From NCBI GenBank assembly GCA_026026165.1, contig JAPEUD010000052.1, positions 1-64,000 of the forward strand: a stretch of DNA of 64,000 bases, written 5' to 3'. The position numbers and the translations under genes are program-made. How positions within the stretch are numbered: position 1 is the first letter of the stretch; every line of letters begins with the position of its first letter. The notes beneath the pieces are model-generated. The model searched no databases, was not told the DNA's origin, and saw nothing but the letters and a program-made list of their open reading frames with translations. This DNA comes from Sarea resinae. Lineage: Eukaryota. This document shows, one piece after another, positions 37,592-49,625 of the stretch.

Positions 37592-40500
37592 ATGGCGAAC
37601 AGTGATCGCGACATATTGCCCGACGCGTTTGTCCTCACTTCTCTTGAGACCTCAAGAACAGTATGACTAACCTCATCTCTGGTAGAGTCAAGCCGATTAA
37701 TTATGCAATTTCGCTGTACGACCTCGAGCTTGGCGGCGAGTATAGCTATCAGGGAACGGTCAAGATTGATGCGAATATCATCAAGGGCACCAAAAATATT
37801 GTTCTCAATTCGTATCAGCTGAAAATTCATGATGCGGAAATCTTCACAGAACACAGCAAGAGTCAGATTTGCCCCGATTTATTTCATCATAGCTGAGCTG
37901 ACGTTATCACGCACTACACAGCCAAAGAGTCGTTCAAAGCCTCCGGCATTACCTACGATGAGAAGTCGCAGCGTGTAACGCTTGAATTTGCCGTCGAATT
38001 GCCTGTTACCCAAAAGGCAGTGCTAGTGCTCAATTACAAAGGGACTATCAATAATCTGATGGCCGGCTTCTATCGCTCAAAATACAAGCCTGCAGCCCCG
38101 CCAGCACCGTCTGTGCCGAAGGATAAGGAGTATCATTATATGTTCAGTACCCAATTCGAATCCTGTGACGCAAGGAGGGCATTTCCATGCTTCGATGAGC
38201 CGAATCTCAAAGCCACGTTTGATTTCGAGATCGAGATTCCAGAGGATCAAATTGCTTTGAGCAACATGCCGGAGAAGCAGGTGAAGAAAGGATACAAGCA
38301 CGGCCTGAAGATTGTTAGCTTTGAGAGGACTCCTGTCATGAGTACTTACGTAAGTCCTCAATCCATCTTAGCCATTATTTTGGTGCTTATAGATGATACA
38401 GCTGCTTGCTTGGGCATTTGGAGATTTCGAATACGTTGAAGACTTCACCCGCCGGCAGTATAACGGTCGGAATCTTCCGGTCCGCGTCTATACGACAAGG
38501 GGATTAAAGGAGCAAGGCCGATTTGCGCTCAAGAACGCTCACCAGATCGTGGATTACTATTCCGAGGTTCGGAGATTCACGAGCCTCAAATTGAACAAGC
38601 CACTAACAGATATACGTCAGGTGTTCCGCATCGACTATCCCTTACCGAAGGTCGATTTGCTTGCTGTCCATGAATTTGTAAGTTGCTTTTATCTCTAGAC
38701 TGCTCAGACCGCTCGATATGAAGACACGTCTGTCTGATCCAAGGATTGGCTGACCGCTTCAGTCTGCAATAAGTCACCCCTCTAAAACGCGATTTTCTGG
38801 GGGGCAGGGATACAACTGACAATGATCCTAGTCACACGGTGCAATGGAGAATTGGGGGCTTATTACCTATCGGACCACGGCTGTCCTCTTTGATGAAGCG
38901 CATTCCGATGAGAAGTACAAGAATCGAGTTGCTTACGTTGTGGCTCATGGTGCGTTTTCTCTTCCGCTAAGATCAAGTCCCAATCCCAGTCTCACCTTCT
39001 TCAGAACTGGCACATCAATGGTTTGGGAACTTGGTCACAATGGACTGGTGGAGCGAATTGTGGCTCAATGAAGGATTTGCAACATGGATGGGCGAACTAG
39101 CCATCGATCATCTCTATCCCGGTTCGTGTTGAAACTGATTGACCCGAGATCCCCTATGCTTGCTTATGCTGACATCGGGTTCGTTAGAATGGAAGGTCTG
39201 GAGTCATTTTGTGGTAGGTCATTTTTTCCCATGCGCCTGCGTGCTTCATGATACTTATGGAGCTTCCTATCTCTCTAGGACGAATCCGTGGAAGTGGCAT
39301 TCGCGCTAGACTCCCTCCGCAGCTCTCATCCCATCGAAGTCCCTGTTCGAGATGCTCTAGATATTGATCAGATTTTCGACGCGATAAGTTATCGGAAGGG
39401 TAGCTCAGTGATAAGGATGCTGAGTGCTCACATTACAGTCGAGACCTTTCTGCTCGGGGTTTCTAATTACCTCAAACAACACGCATATGGTAGGTAGTAT
39501 GTCTGTCCCTTTCTAAGAAGAGAGTCTTATTATACAAAGGCAATGCAACCACCAACGATCTGTGGTCAGCACTGAGCCAGGCTTCTGGGCAAGACGTGGA
39601 TAGTTATATGGTATGTTGCTTACGAAACACTGTTTTCTTAGCAGAATGACTAACGAGATTTCAGGACAACTGGATTCGAAAGATAGGATTCCCTGTAGTC
39701 ACAGTTGCCGAAGAGCCGGGCCAAATAGCTGTTCAGCAATCCCGCTTTCTGTCGTCGGGAGACGTGAAGCCTGAAGAGGACGAAACGACGTGGTGGATTC
39801 CTCTTGGGATCCAGACTAAGCCCAGAGCTGTAGCTAGCACAGCCACCACGCTTACGGCTAAGAACGAGATACTTCGCAACATCGACGAAAGCTTCTATAA
39901 AGTGAACGCCGACCAGACAGGATTCTTCCGGACCAACTATCCGCCTGGACGGCTTGCGAAACTCGGCGCCATCGGCAACCAGCTTAGCGATGAAGACAAA
40001 ATCGGTCTTATAGGAGATGCGGCTGCATTGGCTGTTTCCGGCCACGGGACCACAGCTGGGCTGCTCGCATTTGTGGAGGGTTTTCAGGATGAACAAAACT
40101 ATCTGTACGGAAGTGATTTGATGTCCATGCGGAAACCTTGCTAATAGGCTATAGTGTCTGGTCACGACTCATCTCTTCTCTCACTAACCTCCGGTCCATC
40201 TTTTCGGATGACCAGGAAATACATGCGGCAATCAAAAAGTTCGTTCTCAAATTAGTGACGCCCGCGACAGAGCAGATTGGTTGGGAATATGCGGCAAATG
40301 AGGACTTGTTGACTGGCCAGCTTCGAGCATTGCTGATCAGTGCTGCAGGCGCAGTCGGACACCAAGGGTAACATTCATCTGATTAGAAATTGAACACTGC
40401 TGACGCCCAGTAGTGTAATTGCCGAAGCCCAGAAGCGTTTCCGCCTGTTTGCGTCAGGCGATAAGAAAGCAATTCATCAAAACTTGCGTTTGGCGGTGTT

Positions 40501-41005
40501 CCGAATTGCCATTGCGGAAGGTGGTAAAGAAGAATACGAAGCTGTGAAGAACGAATACCTCACCACCACCGCGGTCGATGGAAAGGAGATTGCTCTCCAG
40601 TCTCTCGGACGCACTCGAGAACCGGAGCTCGTTCAAGACTGTCTGGACTTCCTCTTTTCTGGCAAGGTCGCAATCCAGGATGTGCACAGCGTAGCTGGCT
40701 CGCTCGCTGCCAATCCCAAGGCGCGTAGTGCTCTTTGGGATTACATTAAAGCCAATTGGAATACTGTCTACGACCAACTCTCAGGCAACTCGGTCGTCCT
40801 CGATCGATTCCTGAGATTGAGTCTACAAAAGTTTGCCAGCCACGAGGTAGAGCAGGACATTGCATCCTTCTTTGCGGAAAAAGACAATAGAGGATATGAC
40901 AGGACCCTTGCTGTCATTTCAGACACTATTCGTAACAACGCGAATTACAGGGATCGGGATGAGAAGCTCATTAGCGAGTGGCTAAAGGCGCATAGTTATG
41001 CGTAA
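37592..41005 (+). CDS. M1-family alanyl aminopeptidase (Ape2/Aap1, puromycin-sensitive type); optional upstream in-frame ATG at 37214
   Basis: [39 protein letters not shown] (split by an intron), WLNEGFA and ERAP1-like C-terminal domain. Many short introns. Confidence 0.95.
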
Positions 41006-41295
41006 GTATTGATATCATATTCGACCTGTCCTAGAAGCGGACAGTACTCTATATCATGGGGGTATGGAGTGAGAGCGTGTTTTTCATTGATCGTCTTGTG
41101 CAACCAAAATGTGCTTCTGATCTGCCTTCTTTTCCCGCCAGACTGCGCATGTTTGCACGCAGTGTGGATTCGATTCGCCTTACTACATTCGTCTCTGGGT
41201 AGTCTGGGTCGCCGCAGGAGGTCGATGTTATATAGACGAGAATGCCAGCAGCACGAATGAACATGATCGTAGCCTTTGTGGAGATGCAGTGCTGC

Positions 41296-41604
41296 TCAAC
41301 CCGAGCTCACAGGGGGGATGATTGCGACCTCATCTCCCTCCTGAATGACCACCTGCTTCCTCACATCCTGAGTCCCTGCCTCATTCTCAGCCTCGATATC
41401 CACGTACTCAAGGTTGACAGTCACTAAGCAGCCATCCAGGACTCTCTCTTTCATCGTAGGATACCGTGCTTCCAGGAGATCAAACAGCTTCGATAGCGGT
41501 AGAGGTGCCTCGAGATCTTCAGAGACTCGTTTGGTGAAGGATGACGCTGATGCAAAGTAGAGGAGCTTGAAGTGGCCGGGAGGAGTGCCGAGAGCGGCAG
41601 ACAT
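41296..41604 (-). CDS. cnxG: Molybdopterin synthase sulfur-carrier subunit (MoaD/MOCS2A)
   Basis: ThiS/MoaD-like LLYFASA...VTVNLEYVD...IQEGDEVAIIPPVSSG. Confidence 0.9.
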   Translation of the reverse strand: MSAALGTPPGHFKLLYFASASSFTKRVSEDLEAPLPLSKLFDLLEARYPTMKERVLDGCLVTVNLEYVDIEAENEAGTQDVRKQVVIQEGDEVAIIPPVSSG

Positions 41605-42210
41605 GCTAGATTGTCCGTCTCTGTTCGACTTTGTTCGTCTCCCTTTCAATGGAGAGCACGAGGAGGTGTTTGGTCTGGCATGCTGGAGTGTCAGGTTTCA
41701 ATTCACTTGACTTAGACATCCAGGCGTCGTCGGCACGTGCAAGGTGCGCGAGGCGATTTCCGAGCACTGCCTTGGGATGTAGCGAGTACGCGACTCCATG
41801 GTACGGCAGACACCAGTATCAGGGTATCGGATACTTGATAAGTGCACGTCAACCTCTCCGACTAGCTGCTGTCTTGTCATTATTGTCTCTCTTAGCAGGG
41901 CAGGTAGAGCAAGGTAGCAAGTACTCCATCTCAAGCAGCAGACCACCACCACCATCACCACCACCACCACCGCCATCACTACCACTTACCCCCATCATAA
42001 TCATCATCATCGTCACCTCTTCTGAGCCTTCGCATTTCCCTTCCACACGCTCTCCGCCATCCACTACTATCCGTCCCTGCCGCAAATTCACTGACTCTGC
42101 AGTGACTCGTTGATTCTCGTCTTCGTCCATCGTTCGTGTATCGAGGACCGTCTCTCAACTCATCCTCACCGTTCTTGACATTCGTCAACGTCCAACTCCC
42201 GACCGTTAAG

Positions 42211-43186
42211 ATGAATCCTGAGTGGTATGTTAGCGGTCTGTGTCTTGACAGATGTTTGAGCATGTCTGAGTATCCGATGAGAGGAAGCTTTACTAAATCT
42301 CCTTGTCTTGACAGAGTACCGACCATCCGCAACTTGTCCTCATGCTGCGGCAAAGAATACGAGCCTGAGTACTGTGCCGACAGCGAACAACGAACTGATA
42401 CTGTCTACCGAATAGATACGACTACCTCTTCAAGCTCCTCCTCATCGGAGACTCCGGTGTGGGAAAATCCTGCCTGCTCTTGCGATTTGCCGATGATACC
42501 TACACCGAAAGCTACATTTCGACCATCGGAGTTGATTTTGTAGGTGTCCATCCAATACCAAATCTGTCGCAGGTAGAGACTGATGCTTGATAGAAAATAA
42601 GGACGATTGAACTCGATGGCAAGACCGTGAAGCTGCAGATTGTACGTCGGACCACCGTCCCGAGGGATTTGGACTTCTAGACTTCATCTAATGGTCGCAA
42701 TTTAGTGGGATACCGCCGGCCAAGAGAGGTTCCGAACCATCACCTCATCTTACTACCGAGGCGCTCACGGCATCTGCGTCGTCTACGATGTCACTGACAT
42801 GGACTCGTTCAACAACGTGAAGCAATGGCTGCAGGAGATTGATAGATACGCCACCGAAGGAGTGAACAAGCTATTGGTTGGCAACAAGAGCGATATGTCG
42901 GACAAAAAGGTTGTGGAATACACTGTTGCAAAGGTTCGATCACCGCTCTCGAGATGGCCCATCCCACCTCACAATACTAACAAACGTTTAGGAATTTGCC
43001 GACAGCCTCGGGATTCCCTTCCTTGAGACGTCCGCAAAGAATGCCTCAAACGTCGAGCAAGCATTTTTGACGATGGCTCGGCAGATCAAGGAACGCATGG
43101 GAGCAACGACCGTAAACAACAAGCCTACGATCCAGGTCGGCCAAGGCCAAGGAGTCCAGTCCGGCTCTGCTGGAGGTTGTTGTTAA
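42211..43186 (+). CDS. ypt1: Rab1/Ypt1 GTPase
   Basis: Exons 42211-42221, 42416-42539, 42594-42641, 42706-42933 and 42992-43186 give [22 protein letters not shown]...STIGVDF...WDTAGQE...NKSD...ETSAK...GGCC. Confidence 0.97.
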
Positions 43187-43914
43187 ATCAACAACAGCTT
43201 GGGCCATGGGTTTCGTGGGGCGTGACTTCGGGTGGATGGAGCGGTGGAGATGCCACAGCCTCCAGTTTGTCGATTTCGGAAGGGTGACCTGCGCAATAGA
43301 CGACTTTCTCTCGCGTCGTTTGGATCGTTGAGCCGTGAATGCTCAACGGCAGTGGTTCTTTAGGGAGAATCGGGGTCTGGTCTGTTCGCTTTCACGTCTC
43401 AGTTGGGCTCGCACATGATGCACTTGCTCGGCAGCTTAGGAGAGTCCTGATGTGATGGACCTTTGGGAGGTGCCGCAGCGAATGGAATGAACGCAGCACA
43501 TTTTACTTATTCAGTTGTCATTTGCGGGGCTTTATGTGTACTAGTCGATGCCACGTCCGTTTCATGCCAGTTTAGTTTTCTAATTCAATCTTGAGCAAGC
43601 TCCAATAATCAGCCTGAGCCTGAGCCGAAGCCTTTGTAGTCTGTAGAGACGTGGACGTAGAAGACCGTTATTGACAGGTGGTCTCACAGGATCGAGGCGT
43701 GCCCCGATGTCACGAATAGATATCACGAGTAAGGCACTCGAGGGCTGCCGGAAGGGAGCCCCTCTAAGTCATGTTGTGAGAGGTTCAGGGAGAGTAGCGA
43801 AGTATCTTCGATCTTGATAGACCCCACCACATCTGATGGCCGGGCTGGACTGATCAGCCATCACACAACAAACAGACGACCAGGGGGCTCATCCTTGGAA
43901 GCGCTCGAGGAATC

Positions 43915-45460
43915 ATGTCACGATCAACAGATCCAGGCCACTTCTTCCAAACCGAGTGCGTGAGATGCTTGCTGCTATTTCCTTGACAACACCCCCTTCC
44001 CTTCCCCCCCGCCTGGCGCCCCTAGGCTGTATCAACTCATGCTCGAACTCAACACCAAGAGATACAACAAAGGGGAGAAAGGACAAGACTGACATACCCC
44101 GCCTAATCCTCCGGGAAAGGGCACTGGCGACTCTCTAGAACATCAGTGGCCAATTCCCAGCGCAGAGCAATCAAATCAAAGAACGCGTTCGGGGCGCCTA
44201 TCCGCTTGCCGTCTAAGATCCTCGCGGTCGCGGCCGATCCGGCGGACATGGGACGTATATATGTGGCCGAGAGCGCGGGGTGCGTGAGGAGAGTCGTGCT
44301 TGATGTCTGTAAGACGGCTTTGTTTGTCTCTTTCATCTGTCTGCGTAGTTTCGACGGTCCACCAGCTCTTTGTCGTCTCATACCGGCCTTGTGAACAGCA
44401 AAGTTTCGGAGCGTCAGTCTACCAAAGCACGAGCTGACTGCTCTATCTCTTCACGCAGACTAGTGACACCAATACGGTCTTCCGCGGCCCCACCGCCCCC
44501 CTAACATCGCTTGCCCTAACTTCCTCCACAGTCTACGCCGGCTGCTGGGACAAAACAATCTGGTCCTGGGACCTCGCCTCTCGCACGCCGGGCCGGCGTT
44601 TCCTAGGCCACGCGGACTTTGTGAAAGCTGTGCTGGTCGTGCGGCTCGGGGGGAAAGACGTTCTCATATCCGGGTCTGCCGACGCCTCGATAATCGTGTG
44701 GGATATTGCGAGCGGGCAGAGACTGCATACGCTCAAGGGACATGCGAGAGGGGTCTTGAATCTGGCGGTGGATCCGCTGGGGTTCGAGGTAGAGGATGCT
44801 ACGGGACAGGCAAATGCACTCACGCTTTTCAGTGCTGGTAGCGATAGGGAGATACGAAGATGGCATATCAGTCTATCGAGCGCTGGACCTCTTCCGTCTT
44901 GTTCGTCGTCCTCGGCCAATGGAGCGCCCATATTACTGGACACTACACCAGCAGCACTCCTGCGGCACGAAACGAGTGTCAACAGACTCTTTTTCGACGC
45001 AGACGGCGACCTCTGGACGGCGTCCTCGGACGGCACGGCCAAGGGTCTCGTGCGTGGAGAGGGCGGCGTCGTTGATGGTCGAGTAGGAAGCCCGGAAGAG
45101 GATGAGGGATGGGAAGAGGAGACTACGCTACCACATCCAGATTTCGTGCGGGATGTCGTTGTAGACGAGAGGGGTGGTTGGGTCCTCACTGCCTGTCGGG
45201 ATGAAGAGGTCCGGGTTTGGGAGAGAAGTGTAAGATTCCCTCTTTCCTATCTGCCCATCTATCTCACGACTTCCGACCTTGATTCCTACCGCTCTTTTCT
45301 CATCCGTTGTCGCTGCGCCACTTTTACTACGGATCGATATCATGGCCGGAATCAACTTTCATGTTCACAGCTCACACGCTTCACAGACGGGAAAACTCTA
45401 CGCGACGCTCACGGGCCACTACGAAGAAGTCACCGCGCTGCTCCTCGTCCTCCTCCCGCC

Positions 45461-45500
<40 letters not shown>

Positions 45501-45830
45501 TCGTCGCCGACCTCGCCCACACCAACACCAACGCTCGTCTCCGTCTCCATAGACGCAACAGTGCGGACGTGGCCACTGCGCCGGGCCGACCTCGATGCCG
45601 TGAACGAGCGCGCGAGAAAAGCAGCCGAGGACGACGCCAACGGCGTCACGGCGGCGAATGGCGGTGGCGGTGTCGAAGCGGCTAGGAGCGAAGCGGATGG
45701 CAGAAAAGCGGGACCGGGACCGGGACCGGGACCAGCGAAAGCGGAAGGGGGAGGGCAAGGGGCGGGCTTGCTGACGGAGGAGGAAGAGCGGGAATTGGCC
45801 GAGCTGATGGAGGAGGATGTCGAGGATTAG
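43915..45830 (+). CDS. WD40-repeat protein
   Basis: WD repeats (GCWDKTIWSWD, GHADFVK, SGSADASIIVWD, GHYEEV, SIDATVRTW). Introns 43956-44138, 44305-44458 and ~45229-45386; C-terminus LTEEEERELAELM. Confidence 0.85.
45462..45506 (+). repeat. (TCG)n coding microsatellite, poly-Ser tract in the WD40 protein
   Basis: About 15 consecutive TCG/TCA codons. Confidence 0.95.
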
Positions 45831-45984
45831 ATGGACTTCGAGAAAACTAGAAGTCAAAGACTAGAGTAGAATACATATGGCGCAGATTTGTCATAGTGAA
45901 CAGAAGACGTGGATCTAGAATCGAAAAAGAAAAGTCTAATGGCGGCGCTGAGCAGCGGTAGATTGAAACTTGGTTTACCAGACA

Positions 45985-46425
45985 AATAGACGGGCAGACA
46001 GACAGACAGACATACGAGCAGACAGGCAGACAGGCGGGTAGACAGACAGATGGATCCATCGCATCGCATCACATCACATCATATCATATCCCAACGAGAC
46101 ATTCCTTGTTTATACAGATCAAGGTATTTATAGATACAACAGACACGCGCCGCGGCAGAAGGGCAGACAGACAAACACACACGGCGAGTCGACCGACTTC
46201 CCAACCCACCCACCCACGACGAGGCCAGCATCAACAATATCAACAATACACATGAACACATCAAATATACACAGACATACACACACAGCCAAGCGTTCAA
46301 GAAGGGGGAATTGATGATGATGATAATAATAATGACAGTCATGACAATAACAACAATAATAGTAATAACAGTAATAAGAAGAAGAATAATAATAATCTCC
46401 ATCAACCAACCAACCAACCAACCGC
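45985..46425. repeat. Cluster of simple repeats ((CAGA)n, (ATCAC/ATCAT)n, (ATG/ATA/ACA)n, (CCAA)n) between convergent 3' ends
   Basis: Directly visible low-complexity tracts. Confidence 0.85.
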
Positions 46426-46764
46426 CGGACCCAAGGAAGCCTATACCGAGTATATCCAGATCCAAGAAAAGAACGAAAGAAAGAAGAAAGACATCCCGTG
46501 ACCCGCCCATCAAGAGAAGGGAAAATGGGGGAACAAGTATTCCCGGTCACTATATATAGATAGACAGAGAAAAAGAGAAAAGAGATGAGACATGAGAAAT
46601 GAGAATCAGAGAATACCGCCGCCTGGGCCCTGGCCTGCTCTGCCCTGTTACTCCTTCGTCTTCCTCTCCGCTCCGCTTCATCCCATCTCATGAGAGATAG
46701 ACAGAGAAACCAAGACAGGACACGAGCGAAAAGCAACCCAAGGAAGAGAAAAAAAGGAACGGGA

Positions 46765-49625
46765 CTAGAAATCAGCCAGCCGCAACCTCTTGCCCACGCT
46801 CCTGCGGGCATTGCCCACGGCCTTCTCGCTGGGACGCTCCTCGTGCAACTTGCCTGCTTTCAGGGCCTGTCGGAGCATTCCGGCGTCGAAGAAGCCATCT
46901 GGAGAAGAGAAGAGATGGTTAGGATACAGAAAGCATATGAAACGTTTCGCGTGTCGGGTTGCGTCGTGGCGCGTCGATAAGGGAGGCATGAACGAAAGAA
47001 ACGGGAGGAAGGGGAGAAGAGAGAGAAAAAAAGGGGAACAGAAAACTTACAGCCACCTAGCAACTCTTCCTCCTCGCTCTCCATACGGCTACTGTCATCC
47101 GTCGGCGTATCGACCCCCTTGCCACCGACACTCGGAATCAGCGTCCCACGACTCTTCAACCGGGGGTTCAACCCAGGCCGATGTTGCGGTCCCTCGGCCT
47201 CTCTCGCCCGACTCGAGCCCTTGTTACTAGACGTGCCGCGCCGCTGCTGCGTCTGCCTCAACAGCTTCCGCATCTCCAGCAGATAGCTCTCGATGGCGTC
47301 GACGAAGCGCTTGGTCTGTCGGTGCTTGCTCGACGCGCAGATCGAGATGCTGTCGTCCTTGATGATATACCCGATGCCAAACCCTTCGCCCGACGTGGGC
47401 CCGAACCCGAATTGCCGCAGACACGGATTCCCGCAGTTCGACGTGCTGAGGATCGTGTTGTTGAGTTTGTCCCAGCCAGCGTCGGCGAAGATGGCCGGCA
47501 TCTGTTGCGGTGTCGGGGCACGCGACGATCGCGAGCCACCTGTCGAGCCATTTCGGCCGTTCTGATGATGCATGCTCGTCATGTCCTCCGAGGAGATGGA
47601 TCTTCGGCCCGGAGAGCTGAAGGTGGGGCTCAAGCTACGGTCGGAAAAGGCATCAGGGCTGGACCGGCCGTCGGTGCTGTAGGCGTCGATTTCCTCGTTA
47701 TCCATGGCACGCTGCCAGAGACAGAAGAGGGCGTAGAGGTGGCGGTCCTGGCCTTGCGCTTTGGCACTCTCTTTGGTGATGGCGGTGTGCTGCTGACATG
47801 CTTTCTTCAGCGCTTCGACCTTTTCAATCGGAGGGATGTCGGCCCAGAAATGCCTGACGAAGGCGGTCGATTCCTCCGTCACGGCTCGCACGGCCTCGGT
47901 TCGACCATGGAAGAAGGTCTTGGTCATGGCTGGCTCGTAGACACAATCATGACGGCCATAAAGACCGTAGTATGCAGCTTGGAAAGCCATCTGGACAAAT
48001 GCGTCAGGAGAGAAGCCCATGCCGGTCATGAAATTCTTTCCATAGCCCGCAAAATTCAACGTCTCGAATTCATTCTGTTGAATCAAATCAGCGAGACGAG
48101 TCTCTGCGAATCTCAACGCCGTGCTGAGTTCGGGACCCATGGTCCATTGAAGTTTGTGAGGAGTCGTATTTACATCTCCGAAACTGCCTGGATCGCGTTT
48201 AGAAGGATCCGGGCTGCTCGTGGCCCACAATGAGGGGGCTTGGCCGTTGATCGTACGAGCAAACCGTAGAATGGTGTCGGTGTAGACATCACTGGCCATC
48301 CGCAATACAGTATGACCGTCGACGCCTGTATGCTCGAAATTGATCCCCGCACTTCCATTGGCGCAGACGATAATCTGCAACTTGTCGTACCAACGATTGG
48401 TGCAAGTCCCAATCTGTATCCCTCTTTCAACCTTGCTACTTCCGCAAAGCATATTCATGCAAAGATCCGGCCCGCTCTGTGGCTCCGTATAGTCCAGACA
48501 TAATATAAACAGAGCCGAGTCAACGATCGCGAGACAGTCTGCATTGTTCGAGCCCTCATCTCTGGTCAGAATGTCTCTCAATCCTGCCCATATTTTTCGA
48601 TTCTCCGTGCTCAGAACTCCAATGGCACCCTTGGCGGCATCTTCGATCGGGGTTTGTTGGGCGTCGTCCACGATCGCTTGCAAGTTTAAGCTCATATCTT
48701 TCTCGGTGAAGATAAGGTCGGAATTGTCGTCTAGCACGTCGAACCAATAAAATTGTCCTCGAGCCATTACGACAATGTGCTTTGCATTTGCGTCCTGGCC
48801 AATGATGCAACCATTCTCGGTCGGCACTCTTGCCGTACCAAACATCCTTGAATACTGGTACATGCACAACGGGGTGCCCCTGATCGTATCGGGCGCCAGC
48901 TCCTCCTTTCGGACGGCTCGGACAAAGGACAGAGATGAAATTGCAAGCGATGCTGCACGGGTCACTTGGTTGTTTCGATGCGGTGTTGGGTCATCCTCCA
49001 AGAGAAAGCTACCGAAGATTAGACATATATAATAGACCCAGAATGCGCAACACATACAAAGGATTAAGGTTGAGTACAACAGCTAAATCATGTCAGTATT
49101 GAACTCGCGACCTTGACTGAAGATTTGTAAACTTACGATTGTCATAATTTAGATATGAATCGTACCCTAAGATGAAAGGTTAGAGTCTATGTCATCCAAA
49201 GCCCTTTTAGATGCACGCTCACAGAACTGCTCAATGTAACTCGTTCTGCCCATAGCATATCTCTTAAGCCTCTCCTGTAGATCAGGACCCTCGCCCTTTA
49301 GGAATTCCTCCACTGCGGCTATGGTGTCGGCGTGGTCTCGAGCAGGCTGGAGTGGCTTGAGAGCGGCCAAGTATTTCCGACACGTCTGTTCGAGGTCGGG
49401 AATGGGCAACTTCGGCAGCTTGTCCTGAGAGGCAAAGGTGACACCGGCCTTGCGCTCCGAGGGTGGATAAGTGGCTTGGGCATCTTGCACGGGTGGTAAT
49501 GATGTCGGAGCAGATTTCTCAGTCTGCTTGGCCAAAGGCTTGGACAGGTCGCCGTTTGCATCGTTTCTATCGGCAGCCAGCGACTCGTTCAAGGAGTTGG
49601 GCATGGTTAGGGTTCGGACTGGCAT
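46765..49625 (-). CDS. facC: Carnitine O-acetyltransferase, FacC/Yat1 type
   Basis: LPKLPIPDL, WYDSYLNYDNPVVLNLNPFFLL, NRWYDKLQ, catalytic FEHTGVDG, LSTSNCG. Last exon YGFFDAG...RLRLADF has no PTS1. Confidence 0.9.

Noticed and set aside
41296..41310. Sulfur carrier ending in SSG rather than GG
   Set aside because: As I recall, PPVSSG is the usual C-terminus of filamentous-fungal CnxG; the terminal Gly is retained.
43956..44458. Possible stwintrons in WD40 introns 1 and 2 (GTGCGTGAGA, GTCTGTAAGA)
   Set aside because: The outer donors GTGCGT and GTCTGT are already acceptable, and no internal acceptor regenerates a better donor.
46079..46811. Hydrophobic or Tyr/Cys-rich ORFs
   Set aside because: Translations of microsatellite-rich 3' intergenic DNA.
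47181..48233. 350-aa plus-strand ORF
   Set aside because: Antisense shadow of the GC-rich carnitine acetyltransferase CDS.
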